Positions 39,556 through 49,297 of a DNA stretch of 64,000 nucleotides are shown here, in pieces. Numbering within the stretch: the first letter of the stretch is position 1; the number at the start of each line of letters is the position of its first letter. The DNA lies in NCBI GenBank assembly GCA_965223905.1, contig CBDCXV010000001.1, positions 192,001 to 256,000 on the forward strand. The letters run 5' to 3'. Below the pieces are notes generated by a model that saw only the letters and a list, made by a program, of their open reading frames with translations, was not told where the DNA came from and made no database searches. Source of the stretch: Candidatus Latescibacterota bacterium (GTDB lineage: Bacteria > Latescibacterota > UBA2968 > UBA8231). Both the position numbers and the translations under genes were made by a program.

Positions 39556-41481
39556 ATGCCGGTGACAACCCCGCGTTCCATCGCTTTGGCTGTCGCCGCC
39601 ATTTTCCTAGGCTCCTGGTCGATTCAGCGAGTTGATCTCGTTTACGCGGGACCCTCCCTGACTTACGGCCCGCTTCCCGCACTGCCGATTGCCCTATTGC
39701 TGCTCCTGGTCCTCCTGCGCCGCCTAGGGGCTGGCTGGCTTCAGTTCAAAGAGGGCGAACTGCTAGGGTGTTACCTGATGACTGCTGTCGGCCTTCCGTT
39801 GGCGGCCGGGGGGTACACCCACTACCTGCTTCCCGGGCTGGTCACCGGTTTTTTCCAGTTCAGCGACCCTGCCGGGCGGTACTACCCCTTTCTCAAACTG
39901 ATTCCCGACTGGATGGTGCCTGGCCGCGAAGGCAGCCTCGCCGTAGACGGGTTCTTCCAGGGTCGAGTCGACGTGCCTTGGACAGCCTGGGCGCTGCCCC
40001 TGATGGCATGGGCAGCGCTCGCCATCGCCTTCTGTGCCGCCATGTGGGGGTGCATGACGCTGCTGCGCAAGCGCTGGCTTCAGGAGGAACGCCTGCGCCT
40101 CCCACTCGCCGAACTGCCCCTGACTCTCGCGCTCAACGGTTGGGAACTGCTGCGCAGCAAGGCATTCGCGGTCGGCGCCGCGGTGCCGGTCCTGATCTAC
40201 GGGCTGAACGGACTCCACCACTACCACGTTTTCCCGGCGGAAATCCCGCTGTCCTTCAACTTCGCGGAAGTGCTGACAGAACAGCCGTGGGCAGCCATTG
40301 CTCCTTTCACCTCGCGGTTCGAATTCACCGTCTCCCCATTCCTGGTCGGGATCGCCTACCTGCTGTCAGTCGAAGTCGCCTTCAGCACCTGGTTCTTTTT
40401 CCTTCTGACCCGGGGGCAACTCCTCGTCGCCGAACTATTAGGGCGAAGTGGCGATCAGGGCGTCTTCATCGGGCTCGGGGGACAGTGGCGGGAATGGCCA
40501 AATTTCACACCCCACCTGCATGCACAGGCCCGCGGCGGCCTGCTCTGTCTGGCAGTGCTGAGCCTTTGGGCTGCGCGCAAGGCACTTGCCGATGCCTGGC
40601 GGCTAGCGCTGTGCAACCGGGGCCATGAGCGCCTGGGCTTTCTTTGCTTGACGGCTGGCAGTGCCGGCCTCCTCGCCTGGGGGCACGCTGCCGGCCTCTC
40701 GCTCCCCCTAGGGGCAATCTTCGTCCTCATGCTGCTGCTGACGGCCATCGGGATGGCCCGCCTGCGCCTGGACGCCGGTCTACCCGTGGTCAGCGTTTAC
40801 TTCCTAGTTCCCAACCTTCTCTTCTTTGCCCGGGGAACCGGCCCGGGTGTTTTCAGCCCTTCCGAATACGTCGCCCTTGCGTTTCTCAACCTCCTGAGCT
40901 ATTCCGGAATCGCCGCGGTGACTATGCTGCACGTCGAAGGCTGGAAGATGTCCGGGGCGCTGCGCACCGGCGCCACTCATATCGGGGCAGCCGTCGGGGT
41001 GGGCTTGCTCGCGGGTCTGGCCTGTGGTTTCTGGTCGATGCTTGAACTGGTGTACGATCCGGGGATCTTTACCCTCGATCGCCACGGCGGTGCCCGTTCG
41101 GCAGCCCGCCTGGGCCGCTACTACCACTACCTGTACTCCGAGGCGGGAACCCGCCCGGCTGGTCCCGACCTCATCAGAATGGGCGCCGTGGCAGCGGGAT
41201 TCGCCGTCACTGCAGCTCTCTCATTTCTGCGCACCCTGTTCACTCAACTGCCGTTTCACCCGGCCGGATTCGTCTACGGAACCGGTATCGGCTACCTGAT
41301 CTGGGGGTCCGCGCTGATCGGCTGGACCGTCAAGGTTCTCGTAGTCCGTTACGGAGGAGCTGCGCAGTATCGCCGCCTGCGCCCCTTCTTCATGGGGCTG
41401 ATCGTGGGAGACCTTTTGATGCGTCTGATGTGGGCCGCGGTTTCCCTGCTCGGCGAGCCCGGAGGCGGGTACCGCATTTGA
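39556..41481 (+). CDS. DUF6785/DUF6784-like polytopic membrane protein (OPT-related)
   Basis: PW..W..PL..W, LRKRWLQEERL.LPL, PFHPAGF, VRYGG..YRRLRPFFMGLIVGD; many TM segments. Confidence 0.75.
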   Translation: MPVTTPRSIALAVAAIFLGSWSIQRVDLVYAGPSLTYGPLPALPIALLLLLVLLRRLGAGWLQFKEGELLGCYLMTAVGLPLAAGGYTHYLLPGLVTGFFQFSDPAGRYYPFLKLIPDWMVPGREGSLAVDGFFQGRVDVPWTAWALPLMAWAALAIAFCAAMWGCMTLLRKRWLQEERLRLPLAELPLTLALNGWELLRSKAFAVGAAVPVLIYGLNGLHHYHVFPAEIPLSFNFAEVLTEQPWAAIAPFTSRFEFTVSPFLVGIAYLLSVEVAFSTWFFFLLTRGQLLVAELLGRSGDQGVFIGLGGQWREWPNFTPHLHAQARGGLLCLAVLSLWAARKALADAWRLALCNRGHERLGFLCLTAGSAGLLAWGHAAGLSLPLGAIFVLMLLLTAIGMARLRLDAGLPVVSVYFLVPNLLFFARGTGPGVFSPSEYVALAFLNLLSYSGIAAVTMLHVEGWKMSGALRTGATHIGAAVGVGLLAGLACGFWSMLELVYDPGIFTLDRHGGARSAARLGRYYHYLYSEAGTRPAGPDLIRMGAVAAGFAVTAALSFLRTLFTQLPFHPAGFVYGTGIGYLIWGSALIGWTVKVLVVRYGGAAQYRRLRPFFMGLIVGDLLMRLMWAAVSLLGEPGGGYRI

Positions 41482-41532
41482 CAACCGAAGTCGTTCAATC
41501 GTAACATTTTGCCAGTTTTGCTGCTCCAAAGA

Positions 41533-41572
41533 GCGGTGTATATTCCCCATCTGCGGTGTATATTCCCCATCT
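41533..41572 (+). repeat. Perfect 20-bp tandem duplication
   Basis: GCGGTGTATATTCCCCATCT occurs twice (41533-41552 and 41553-41572). Confidence 0.9.
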
Positions 41573-41573
41573 A

Positions 41574-42788
41574 ATGAACTCGCCGGTACACAGAGCTTTC
41601 ACAGAAATACTGCGGAGGCTTCCAAAATTTGCCCCGTCCGTTTCTGCGGGGATCGTCCTAGCCATGTTCGCCTTGGGGCTGTCCCTGCCCGATGCAGGGG
41701 CCGAGACCGGCGAACCCGTAGCCGCAGACAGCCTTCGCAAATACCGGTTTCTCGCCAAAACCGCTCGCGAAAAGAAGCAGACTGAAGACGCGCTGCGATA
41801 CTACGGGCAGGTGATCCACTACAAGCCCGACGATCTCAAAGCCCATTATTTCAGCGGCAGCCTGCTCGCAAACAAGGGAGACACGGCGGCAGCGAAACGG
41901 CACTTGCTCATCTGTGTCGCCCTCGACTCCCTGCACGTCAACAGCAACGTGCTGTTGACGCAACTCTACCTGCGCCAGGAAGATCCCGATTCGGCTTGGG
42001 TGTTCCTGGAGCCCGTTTTCGACATCAAGCCCGCAGTCTCGAAGTACCACCGGTTCAGGCGCCAAATCGCGGATCTCCATCGCATCCAGGGAAACCACAA
42101 AGCCGCTATTTCTCACTACGAAGCGCTGGCAGCCAACAGCGAAACCGACGCGCGTCAGATCTTCGAGCTGCTCTCCCAGCTGCACGAAGCCAATGGCGAC
42201 ACGGAACAGGCTCTTGCCTTGAGTTCGCGCGCCTTGTCGTCCCCGGCCTCCGAAACGAGCCCGTCCGCGATTGAAATACTCAGCCGCGTGCTGGAGCTGC
42301 AGGCCAGTAGCGGTGATCGTTCAGGTGCCTACGAAACGCTCAGACAGTTGGTGCGCCTCGACTCCCTGAGCAGGTATTCCTACTTCGACCGCATGGCTGC
42401 GATCGCTACCGATGCCGGCGATCTTTCGCAGCAGGTGGAAGGGCTCGAGGGTATGGTCGAAGCCCAACCACATGACCTGGGCCCATTGGCTACACTGGTC
42501 GAGCTCCACCTGAAGGGCAACGATCTCAACGCTGCTTCGACCTGGCTGCGTAGGGGCCTCAAGGTCGACAAAAAGGACGGCCACCTGCTGCTGCTTCAGG
42601 GTGAGCTGTTGATACTGCAAGGAGACGAAGATGCGGCAATTGCCGCTTTCGAACGGTCGCGACAGGATCCCGAGTGGGAAAAAGTCGCACAACAGCGCAT
42701 CTGGCAGCTGCGACCCCCGGAAACTGAAGAAGAGAAGCTGAAACGGTCATTCTTCGGAGCAAGTGAAGAAGACCAAACCGGTGGCTGA
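41574..42788 (+). CDS. TPR-repeat periplasmic protein
   Basis: Hydrophobic signal segment followed by helical TPR-like repeats; upstream of exbB. Start uncertain (41556, 41574 or 41664). Confidence 0.75.
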   Translation: MNSPVHRAFTEILRRLPKFAPSVSAGIVLAMFALGLSLPDAGAETGEPVAADSLRKYRFLAKTAREKKQTEDALRYYGQVIHYKPDDLKAHYFSGSLLANKGDTAAAKRHLLICVALDSLHVNSNVLLTQLYLRQEDPDSAWVFLEPVFDIKPAVSKYHRFRRQIADLHRIQGNHKAAISHYEALAANSETDARQIFELLSQLHEANGDTEQALALSSRALSSPASETSPSAIEILSRVLELQASSGDRSGAYETLRQLVRLDSLSRYSYFDRMAAIATDAGDLSQQVEGLEGMVEAQPHDLGPLATLVELHLKGNDLNAASTWLRRGLKVDKKDGHLLLLQGELLILQGDEDAAIAAFERSRQDPEWEKVAQQRIWQLRPPETEEEKLKRSFFGASEEDQTGG

Positions 42789-42834
42789 ACAGTCGCCAAA
42801 CGGGCCAACGCTGGCCTCCAGCTGAGGAGAGATT

Positions 42835-43458
42835 ATGTGGGAATTGTTTCAGGATGGTGGATGGGCGATGTATCCACTGGTAGTACTGCTGGTGCTCGGA
42901 ATCGCCATTGCCATCGAAAGACTGATCAACCTGAGCCGAGCAGGTATCGACGCAAACGCGTTTTCCCAGAACCTTGAAGAGGCCCTGAGGTCTGGCGGGC
43001 CCGACGAGGCCGCACGGATCTGTTCGGAAACGCGGGGGCCCGTCGCCTCGGTCATCCACGCCGGTTTGTTGCGAATGCACCGCGGCATCGATCACGTGGA
43101 AAAGGCGATCGACAATGCCGGAGCAGTGGAGATGGCTTTCCTCGAACGAGGTATGGTCTGGCTTTCCACGGTCGCCAACCTCGCTCCCATGATCGGCTTC
43201 CTCGGGACAGTGAGTGGGATGATCACCGCTTTCCAAGCGATCGAAAGGGCCGGCGACGTTGAACCGTCCATGGTTGCCGGAGGAATTTCGGAGGCGCTTA
43301 TCACTACGGCATCCGGTCTTATCGTCGGTATCATCATTCAATTCCTTCACAACTTTTTCGCATCCAGGATCGACCGTATCATCGCCGACATGCAAGAGCA
43401 TACTGCCGGTTTCGTCGACCTGCTGGCGGAAACGGGTCAGGCTGACGCCGCGCAATAA
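42835..43458 (+). CDS. exbB: MotA/TolQ/ExbB proton channel protein
   Basis: APMIGFLGTVSGMI, GISEALITTASGL; RBS GAGGAG. Confidence 0.9.
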   Translation: MWELFQDGGWAMYPLVVLLVLGIAIAIERLINLSRAGIDANAFSQNLEEALRSGGPDEAARICSETRGPVASVIHAGLLRMHRGIDHVEKAIDNAGAVEMAFLERGMVWLSTVANLAPMIGFLGTVSGMITAFQAIERAGDVEPSMVAGGISEALITTASGLIVGIIIQFLHNFFASRIDRIIADMQEHTAGFVDLLAETGQADAAQ

Positions 43459-43498
43459 AAGCGCCGCAGAGCCAATCCACTGACAGCGCCGGAATCGG

Positions 43499-43912
43499 AT
43501 GAACTGGAAACGAGGGCACAGAGTCCCGCCGGAGATACCTACCGCCTCGATGGCGGATATCGCCTTTCTTCTGATTGTCTTCTTCCTTGTGACGACGACG
43601 ATGAATCAGGACAAGGGCCTGTCTTTGCACCTGCCGCCGTTTGGTGAAAGCAAAGAGATCAAGCAGAAGAACATCTGCAACGTCTGGATCAACGAACGGG
43701 ACGAAATCGCCTTCTTCGAAAACGAAAATCTGACCTTGGTTTCTTTCGGTGATCTCCGAGGCCAGATACAGAGCCGACTCGCGGCCAACGACAAACTTAT
43801 CATTTCGCTGAAGGCGGAACGCGGGGCCACGTATCGGATGTTTGTCGACGTACTCGACGAACTCAAACTGGCGGGCGCGACCCGCATCTCGATCGCGGAG
43901 CCTGAGCAGTGA
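43499..43912 (+). CDS. exbD: ExbD/TolR-family protein
   Basis: IPTASMADIAFLLIVFFLVTT. Confidence 0.9.
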   Translation: MNWKRGHRVPPEIPTASMADIAFLLIVFFLVTTTMNQDKGLSLHLPPFGESKEIKQKNICNVWINERDEIAFFENENLTLVSFGDLRGQIQSRLAANDKLIISLKAERGATYRMFVDVLDELKLAGATRISIAEPEQ

Positions 43913-44328
43913 AGTTCAACCGCAAAGCAACGGTCGCCAGTGTGATCCCGACAGCTTCCATGGCGGACATCTCTTTTCTGCTGCTGGTTTTTTTCATGGT
44001 GTCGACCGTGTTTGTCCGCTACCGCGGCATTCCGGTTGAATTGCCCGACGCAAAAAGTGTCGAAAAACTCGAGATGAGGAGGCATGTGACCAGCGTCTGG
44101 GTCAGCAAAACCGGTTTGGTCAATATTGACGACCAAACGGTTCTGCTCGAACAGGTGGGGCAGCTCATCTACTCCAAACTGAGCGCGAATCCTCGGCTGA
44201 TAATCTCCATCAAGGGAGATGGCGAAGCCGAATTCGGTGTCATTTCCGATGTCCTGCAGGAGCTGCGCAAAGTTGAGGCATTGCGCGTCAATTTCGCCAC
44301 CGACCGGGAGAAGCAGCCACAGCCATGA
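43909..44328 (+). CDS. exbD: ExbD/TolR-family protein (second copy)
   Basis: IPTASMADISFLLLVFFMVST. Confidence 0.9.
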   Translation: MKFNRKATVASVIPTASMADISFLLLVFFMVSTVFVRYRGIPVELPDAKSVEKLEMRRHVTSVWVSKTGLVNIDDQTVLLEQVGQLIYSKLSANPRLIISIKGDGEAEFGVISDVLQELRKVEALRVNFATDREKQPQP

Positions 44329-45011
44329 CCAGCGCCGGCATCCCGCAGCGGCCTTGGAAAATGCCGCGACGAAAAGCGCCTGAAGCGGATCTTCGGCAGA
44401 CCTACCGCAAGGCCTTCTGGCTCTCGGTTGCCGCCTCCACCGCAGCTCATGCCCTGCTATTCATCATTTTTCCATCGTTCGAAGTCGAAGCCTTCGAAAA
44501 GCCGCAAGCCCCGGTCATTATCGAGCTGGAGCAGATACCGGAAACCCGCCAGGAACGGCGTCCGCCGCCTCCGCCACGACCCGTCGTCCCGATTCCCACC
44601 GACAGCGAAGACATTCCTGACGACGTTACCATCGAAACTACTGAACTTGACCTTTTCGACGATTTGGCACCCCCGCCTGAATTTGACGAGCTCCCCAGCA
44701 TAGAGGTCGAAGAAGAGGAAGAGGAGATTGTCGACCTCTGGAAGGTCGAGAAGAAACCGGTGCGGAAGAAGCAGGTTCGACCCGAATATCCGGTGATCGC
44801 CCGAAAAGCAGGTATCGAGGGCTCGGTAACGGTCACCGTACTGATCGGCAAGGACGGCAAGGTCGAGGCGATCGGTCAGATAGTCGGCAACGAAATCTTC
44901 CACGAAGCCGCCAAGGCGGCCGCCCTGAAAACGGAGTTTACACCCGCGATCCAGAACGACAAGCCGGTCAAAGTGTGGGTTAGTCTCCCGTTCAAATTCC
45001 ACCTCAATTGA
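44325..45011 (+). CDS. tonB: Energy transducer TonB
   Basis: TM helix with S..H motif, Pro-rich linker, PEYPVIARKAGIEG...FTPA. Confidence 0.9.
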   Translation: MTSAGIPQRPWKMPRRKAPEADLRQTYRKAFWLSVAASTAAHALLFIIFPSFEVEAFEKPQAPVIIELEQIPETRQERRPPPPPRPVVPIPTDSEDIPDDVTIETTELDLFDDLAPPPEFDELPSIEVEEEEEEIVDLWKVEKKPVRKKQVRPEYPVIARKAGIEGSVTVTVLIGKDGKVEAIGQIVGNEIFHEAAKAAALKTEFTPAIQNDKPVKVWVSLPFKFHLN

Positions 45012-45198
45012 ACCTTTGGCTGCGCTGATCCACGCGATCACGGTTGCCATTTAGGATATTTACATCTCGGAGGTGCTCTTGATGCATCGATTTTGGAAGC
45101 CACCGAGATCCCTCCAAGCATCTCCCCGCCGGTAGGTACACACATCCCCGAATAACGCCACCTCGTGCACAACAACAAAGGTGGTCGGGAGGTCGCAC

Positions 45199-45654
45199 AT
45201 GCGTTGCCCGTTTTGCGATCATCAGGACGACCGCGTGGTCGACTCGAGGTCGTGCCGCGATGGCCAAGCCATCCGCAGACGCCGGGAGTGCATCAACTGC
45301 AATCAGCGGTTCACCACCTACGAATACATCGAACACGCGCCGCTGACCATCATCAAGCGTGACGGCAGTCGGGAGCCTTTCGACCGAGGCAAACTCCTCG
45401 AAAAGATTCGCCTCGCCTGCTACAAGACACCCGTCTCCAGCGATCAGATCGAAGAACTCGTCGACCAGATCGAAAGCGAGTTGGGCAACCTCACCGAAAA
45501 GGAAGTGCCGAGCATTCAGGTTGGTGAGCTGGTCATGGATGCGTTGCGCAGGTTGAACGAAGTCGCCTATGTCCGATTTGCGTCGGTATATCGACAATTC
45601 AGGGACAAGAGCGATTTCGTCCGCGAGTTGGAGCAGCTCTCGCCGGCCCCTTGA
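45199..45654 (+). CDS. nrdR: Transcriptional repressor NrdR
   Basis: MRCPFC..VVDSR..IRRRREC..C..RFTTYE, ATP cone, VAYVRFASVYR. Confidence 0.97.
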   Translation: MRCPFCDHQDDRVVDSRSCRDGQAIRRRRECINCNQRFTTYEYIEHAPLTIIKRDGSREPFDRGKLLEKIRLACYKTPVSSDQIEELVDQIESELGNLTEKEVPSIQVGELVMDALRRLNEVAYVRFASVYRQFRDKSDFVRELEQLSPAP

Positions 45655-45820
45655 GAACCTTGGCGGCGCTCCACCCATTTTGCGAGGCGCCGCACTAAAC
45701 GCCTGCTCGCCTGCAAGGGCAAATTTCCGCCTCCGTCAGGCATCCACCACCGTAGAAAATCGACGTTTTTGAGCCTCCTCAGCCCCGCCGGGAGATCGAT
45801 CCCGGTCTTTTTGAAATTCC

Positions 45821-45850
45821 TTGACACGCTCGAATCAAGGGCTGTATATT
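45821..45850 (+). promoter_or_regulatory. Putative sigma70 promoter of nrdJ
   Basis: TTGACA (45821-45826)-N18-TATATT (45845-45850). Confidence 0.65.
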
Positions 45851-45860
45851 CGAGACGTTT

Positions 45861-45876
45861 CTACAAGATCTTGTGT
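45861..45876. promoter_or_regulatory. NrdR box upstream of nrdJ
   Basis: CTACAAGATCTTGTGT fits the consensus acaCwAtATaTwGtgt and lies just downstream of the -10. A weaker candidate lies 31 nt downstream. Confidence 0.7.
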
Positions 45877-46050
45877 TCCGCTTGGTAGACAGCAGGAGAT
45901 AATGTGGTTCCCAGCGGAACTGATGTCCTCTTGTATTCTCCCCGCATATCCTCCTGTATATACTGATTTTGGGGCCTTTTGGGCTGGCGCTGAGCTTGGC
46001 CCAAAGGCGGAGCCCGTATTTTGCGCGCGATGCGCACAAGAGAGGGAAAA

Positions 46051-48444
46051 ATGTCGTCCAATATCCATGAATCAGGGGCCTCCGAAACCGCAGACGATAC
46101 CGCGGCAAAGAAAGGCCATCGCCTCGAGGACTTACTGGCTCAGGTGGAAGGTCGCGGCTACAGGCGCAACGGCCACGACGACATTCTGAAAAATGCGGCA
46201 GACGCAGGGACATACTATGCCGGCAATGATCTTGCGATCGATGTTCTGCGCAGCAAGTACCTGGCTCCGGGAGAGACCGGACCCCTGCAAATGTGGGACC
46301 GCATCGCCCGGGCGATGGCCTCGGTAGAAAAGGAGGAGGCCCACTGGTACAACCGCTTCTTCACCCTTCTTCTCGACTTCAAGTTCATCCCCGGGGGTCG
46401 AGTTATGCACGGGGCAGGCCGTGACGAAGCCCGCCGCAAACCTACGCTCTCCAACTGCTACGTCATTCCCATAGAACAGGACAGCCTCGAGGGTATTTAC
46501 CGCTGCTTGAGTGAATCGGCGATGGTGTACCGGACCGGCGGCGGGGTCGGTACTGACCTGTCGTCGCTGCGGCCCAAGGGTGCACCGGTCAACGCGACCG
46601 TCGACCGGTCTCCGGGGTGCACCGCTTTCATGAACCTGTTGAGCGAAAGCACCAACGCGGTGTCCCAGGCGGGCAGGCGAGGTGCGCTGATGCTGACTCT
46701 ACGGGTCGATCATCCCGACATCGAGGACTTCATAACCATCAAGAATGACGTTACCCGAACCAAGGTGCAGTACGCCAACATCAGCGTTCTGATAACCCAC
46801 GAGTTCATGGAAGCCGTCCTTGGCGACACGGACTTCGACCTCAGGTGGGGAGGAAAGGTGTACCGCACCGTGCGCGCGCGGGATCTGTGGAACACCATCA
46901 TCGCCAATGCCCATTCCAGCGCTGAGCCTGGGATCATCTTCTGGGACACGATGAAGGAGTACCACAACGTCGAATATGCCAATCCGCTGACCAGCACCAA
47001 CCCCTGCGGCGAACAGCCCCTGGCTTCGTACACTGCGTGCAACCTCGGCAATCTCAATCTGGTGAAGTTCGTCCATGAAGACGGCACATTCGATTTCGAG
47101 GATCTGGCCGAGAGCACCCGGGTCGCGACCCGTTTTCTCGACGACGTCATCGATTACAACATGGACAATCACGCCCTTCCAAAGATCAGAGAGGCGGTGG
47201 AATCGGACCGTCGCGTCGGGCTGGGTATCACAGGCTTGGCGGACGCGCTGATACTCATGAAGCTGAGGTACGACTCGGACGAGGCGCTCGACGCGGTCGA
47301 GAAGGTGATGCAGACGATCTGTTACTCCTCCTACGAGACTTCCATCGACCTTGCGAGCGAAAAAGGACCCTTCACGCTGTTCGACTGGAACGGCATTTCG
47401 CAAAGCAAGTTCATTCAGAGTCTGCCGAAGAGCATTCAGGACCGCGCAAAGAAAAATGGCTTGCGCAACGCGACCCTGATCACGGTTCCTCCGGTCGGGA
47501 CCGGGTCCATCGTCGCCCAGACGACTTCGGGCATCGAGCCGATCTTCTGCACCAGCTACAAGCGGCGAGTCAAACAGGCAGACGGAGAATCTTTCCGCGA
47601 GTATAAAGTGTATCACCCGCTGATTCAGCGCCTCTTCGGCGACGACGAGAACCTGCCCGACTACGTCGTAAGTTCACACGAAATCGATCCGTATTCCCGT
47701 GTAAGGATGCAGGGGATCATACAGAAGTACACCGACAGCAGCATCTCTTCGACGATCAATCTGGCGGAGGAAACAAGTGCAGAGACGGTGGGGGACATCT
47801 ACATCACCGCCTATAGGGAGGGCCTCAAGGGCGTAACCGTCTACAGGGAGGGAAGCCGCCAGGGAATCCTGCAGACCGCAGACAGTCAGAAGGAGAAGCA
47901 GCCACCGCAGAAAGAGGATACTCCTGCAGCCGAAGCTCCGTCGGCTTCCAGGCGCAGCGAGCGCGGCTACCACCCGCGCCGCCGGCCGGCGGTCACCACC
48001 GGTGTGACCGAACGCATCCGCACCGGGGAGGGCAACATTTACGTCACTATCAACGAGGACGACCAAGGACTGTGCGAGGTTTTCAGCACCATCGGCAAGG
48101 CGGGAGGAAACGCCGCCGCGCAATCCGAAGCGATCAGCAGACTGATTTCGATAGCGCTGCGCTCGGGAATCGACCCGCAGGAAATCGTGAAGTCCCTGAA
48201 GGGTATATCCGGACCCACCCCGGTCTGGGAAGACGGCGAACTGATCCTGTCGGCACCTGACGCCATAGGCCGCGCTCTCGAGCGCTTTCTGCAGCGTGGA
48301 GTGGAACCTGGTGCCGAGTCCGCGGGCTCGGATCCCGATAGCAGGGAGGCCAAATCGAGCGCCACCTGCCCGGAGTGCGGCTCGACAGTCGTGCACGAGA
48401 GCAACTGCCTCAATTGCAAGCACTGCGGCTGGTCCAAGTGCTGA
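46051..48444 (+). CDS. nrdJ: Class II (adenosylcobalamin-dependent) ribonucleotide reductase with TSCPD-like domain and C-terminal Zn ribbon
   Basis: TLSNCYV, GGGVG, RRGALM, TNPCGEQ, ACNLG, GLKGVTVYR, CPECG...CKHCGWSKC; no N-terminal ATP cone. Confidence 0.93.
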   Translation: MSSNIHESGASETADDTAAKKGHRLEDLLAQVEGRGYRRNGHDDILKNAADAGTYYAGNDLAIDVLRSKYLAPGETGPLQMWDRIARAMASVEKEEAHWYNRFFTLLLDFKFIPGGRVMHGAGRDEARRKPTLSNCYVIPIEQDSLEGIYRCLSESAMVYRTGGGVGTDLSSLRPKGAPVNATVDRSPGCTAFMNLLSESTNAVSQAGRRGALMLTLRVDHPDIEDFITIKNDVTRTKVQYANISVLITHEFMEAVLGDTDFDLRWGGKVYRTVRARDLWNTIIANAHSSAEPGIIFWDTMKEYHNVEYANPLTSTNPCGEQPLASYTACNLGNLNLVKFVHEDGTFDFEDLAESTRVATRFLDDVIDYNMDNHALPKIREAVESDRRVGLGITGLADALILMKLRYDSDEALDAVEKVMQTICYSSYETSIDLASEKGPFTLFDWNGISQSKFIQSLPKSIQDRAKKNGLRNATLITVPPVGTGSIVAQTTSGIEPIFCTSYKRRVKQADGESFREYKVYHPLIQRLFGDDENLPDYVVSSHEIDPYSRVRMQGIIQKYTDSSISSTINLAEETSAETVGDIYITAYREGLKGVTVYREGSRQGILQTADSQKEKQPPQKEDTPAAEAPSASRRSERGYHPRRRPAVTTGVTERIRTGEGNIYVTINEDDQGLCEVFSTIGKAGGNAAAQSEAISRLISIALRSGIDPQEIVKSLKGISGPTPVWEDGELILSAPDAIGRALERFLQRGVEPGAESAGSDPDSREAKSSATCPECGSTVVHESNCLNCKHCGWSKC

Positions 48445-48481
48445 AACAAAAACGACCGCGCCCTGACAACGCGGTTCTGGA

Positions 48482-48526
48482 AATAAAAAAGGGACGTGAT
48501 CCGACCTGATCGCGTCCCTTTTTATT
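48482..48526. terminator. Bidirectional intrinsic terminator
   Basis: AATAAAAAA-GGGACGTGATC-loop-GATCGCGTCCC-TTTTTATT between convergent genes. Confidence 0.85.
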
Positions 48527-48538
48527 GTCTCTCCGATT

Positions 48539-49297
48539 TCAGTTCACGTCGAGAACGAGTCCGTCGTACGCCAACTCAACATTGTCGGGCAGGAAGACAT
48601 TTGTTGCTTCGTGATCCAGTTCGTGCGCGATGTGTGTGAAGAAAGTCCGCCTCGGCTTCAGTTCGTCGACGACATCGAGCGCCTCTTCTATGTTGAAGTG
48701 GGTCGGGTGTTCGGTGTGTCGCAAGGCGTCCAGAACGAGCACGTCGAGATCGCGCAACTGGGCCATGGATTCCGGCGGGATCCGATTGCAGTCCGTCACG
48801 TAGGCGAACTGCCCGATGCGGAACGCGAGCACCGGCAATCTTCCGTGATACACGGTGATGGGATGGATCTGCAGGCCGAACAGCGTGATCGTACCGTTGA
48901 TCAGGTGCAGGTCCAGCCGTGGAAGCGACTGCGGATAAGGTGAATCGAAAGCGTAATCGAACACCCGGTTGATGCGCTCCAGGGTGTTGTGATCGGCAAA
49001 ACAGGGCAGTGGTTCGTCGCGGCCGAAGCAGTAGCACCGCAGGTCGTCGAGTCCATGCAGGTGGTCGGCGTGGCCATGCGTAAACATTACGGCATCGAGG
49101 CGGCGAACTTCGTAGCGAAGAGCCTGAGTGCGTAGATCAGGCGTAGTGTCGACAAGAAGGACCCGATCTCCAAACTCGATCAGTATGGAACAGCGGAGCC
49201 GCTTGTTGCGGGGATTTTCCGACAGGCAAACCGGGCAGTCGCAGCCGATGCGGGGAACCCCGACCGAGGTCCCGGTCCCCAACAGGGTTACCTTCAC
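48539..49297 (-). CDS. PhnP-like MBL-fold metallo-hydrolase
   Basis: LGTGTSVGVP.IGC.C.VC, THGHADHLHGLDDLR, AYDGL. Confidence 0.9.
   Translation of the reverse strand: MKVTLLGTGTSVGVPRIGCDCPVCLSENPRNKRLRCSILIEFGDRVLLVDTTPDLRTQALRYEVRRLDAVMFTHGHADHLHGLDDLRCYCFGRDEPLPCFADHNTLERINRVFDYAFDSPYPQSLPRLDLHLINGTITLFGLQIHPITVYHGRLPVLAFRIGQFAYVTDCNRIPPESMAQLRDLDVLVLDALRHTEHPTHFNIEEALDVVDELKPRRTFFTHIAHELDHEATNVFLPDNVELAYDGLVLDVN

Noticed and set aside
41533-41572. Repeat as a mini-CRISPR
   Set aside because: Two adjacent units with no spacer and no cas genes.
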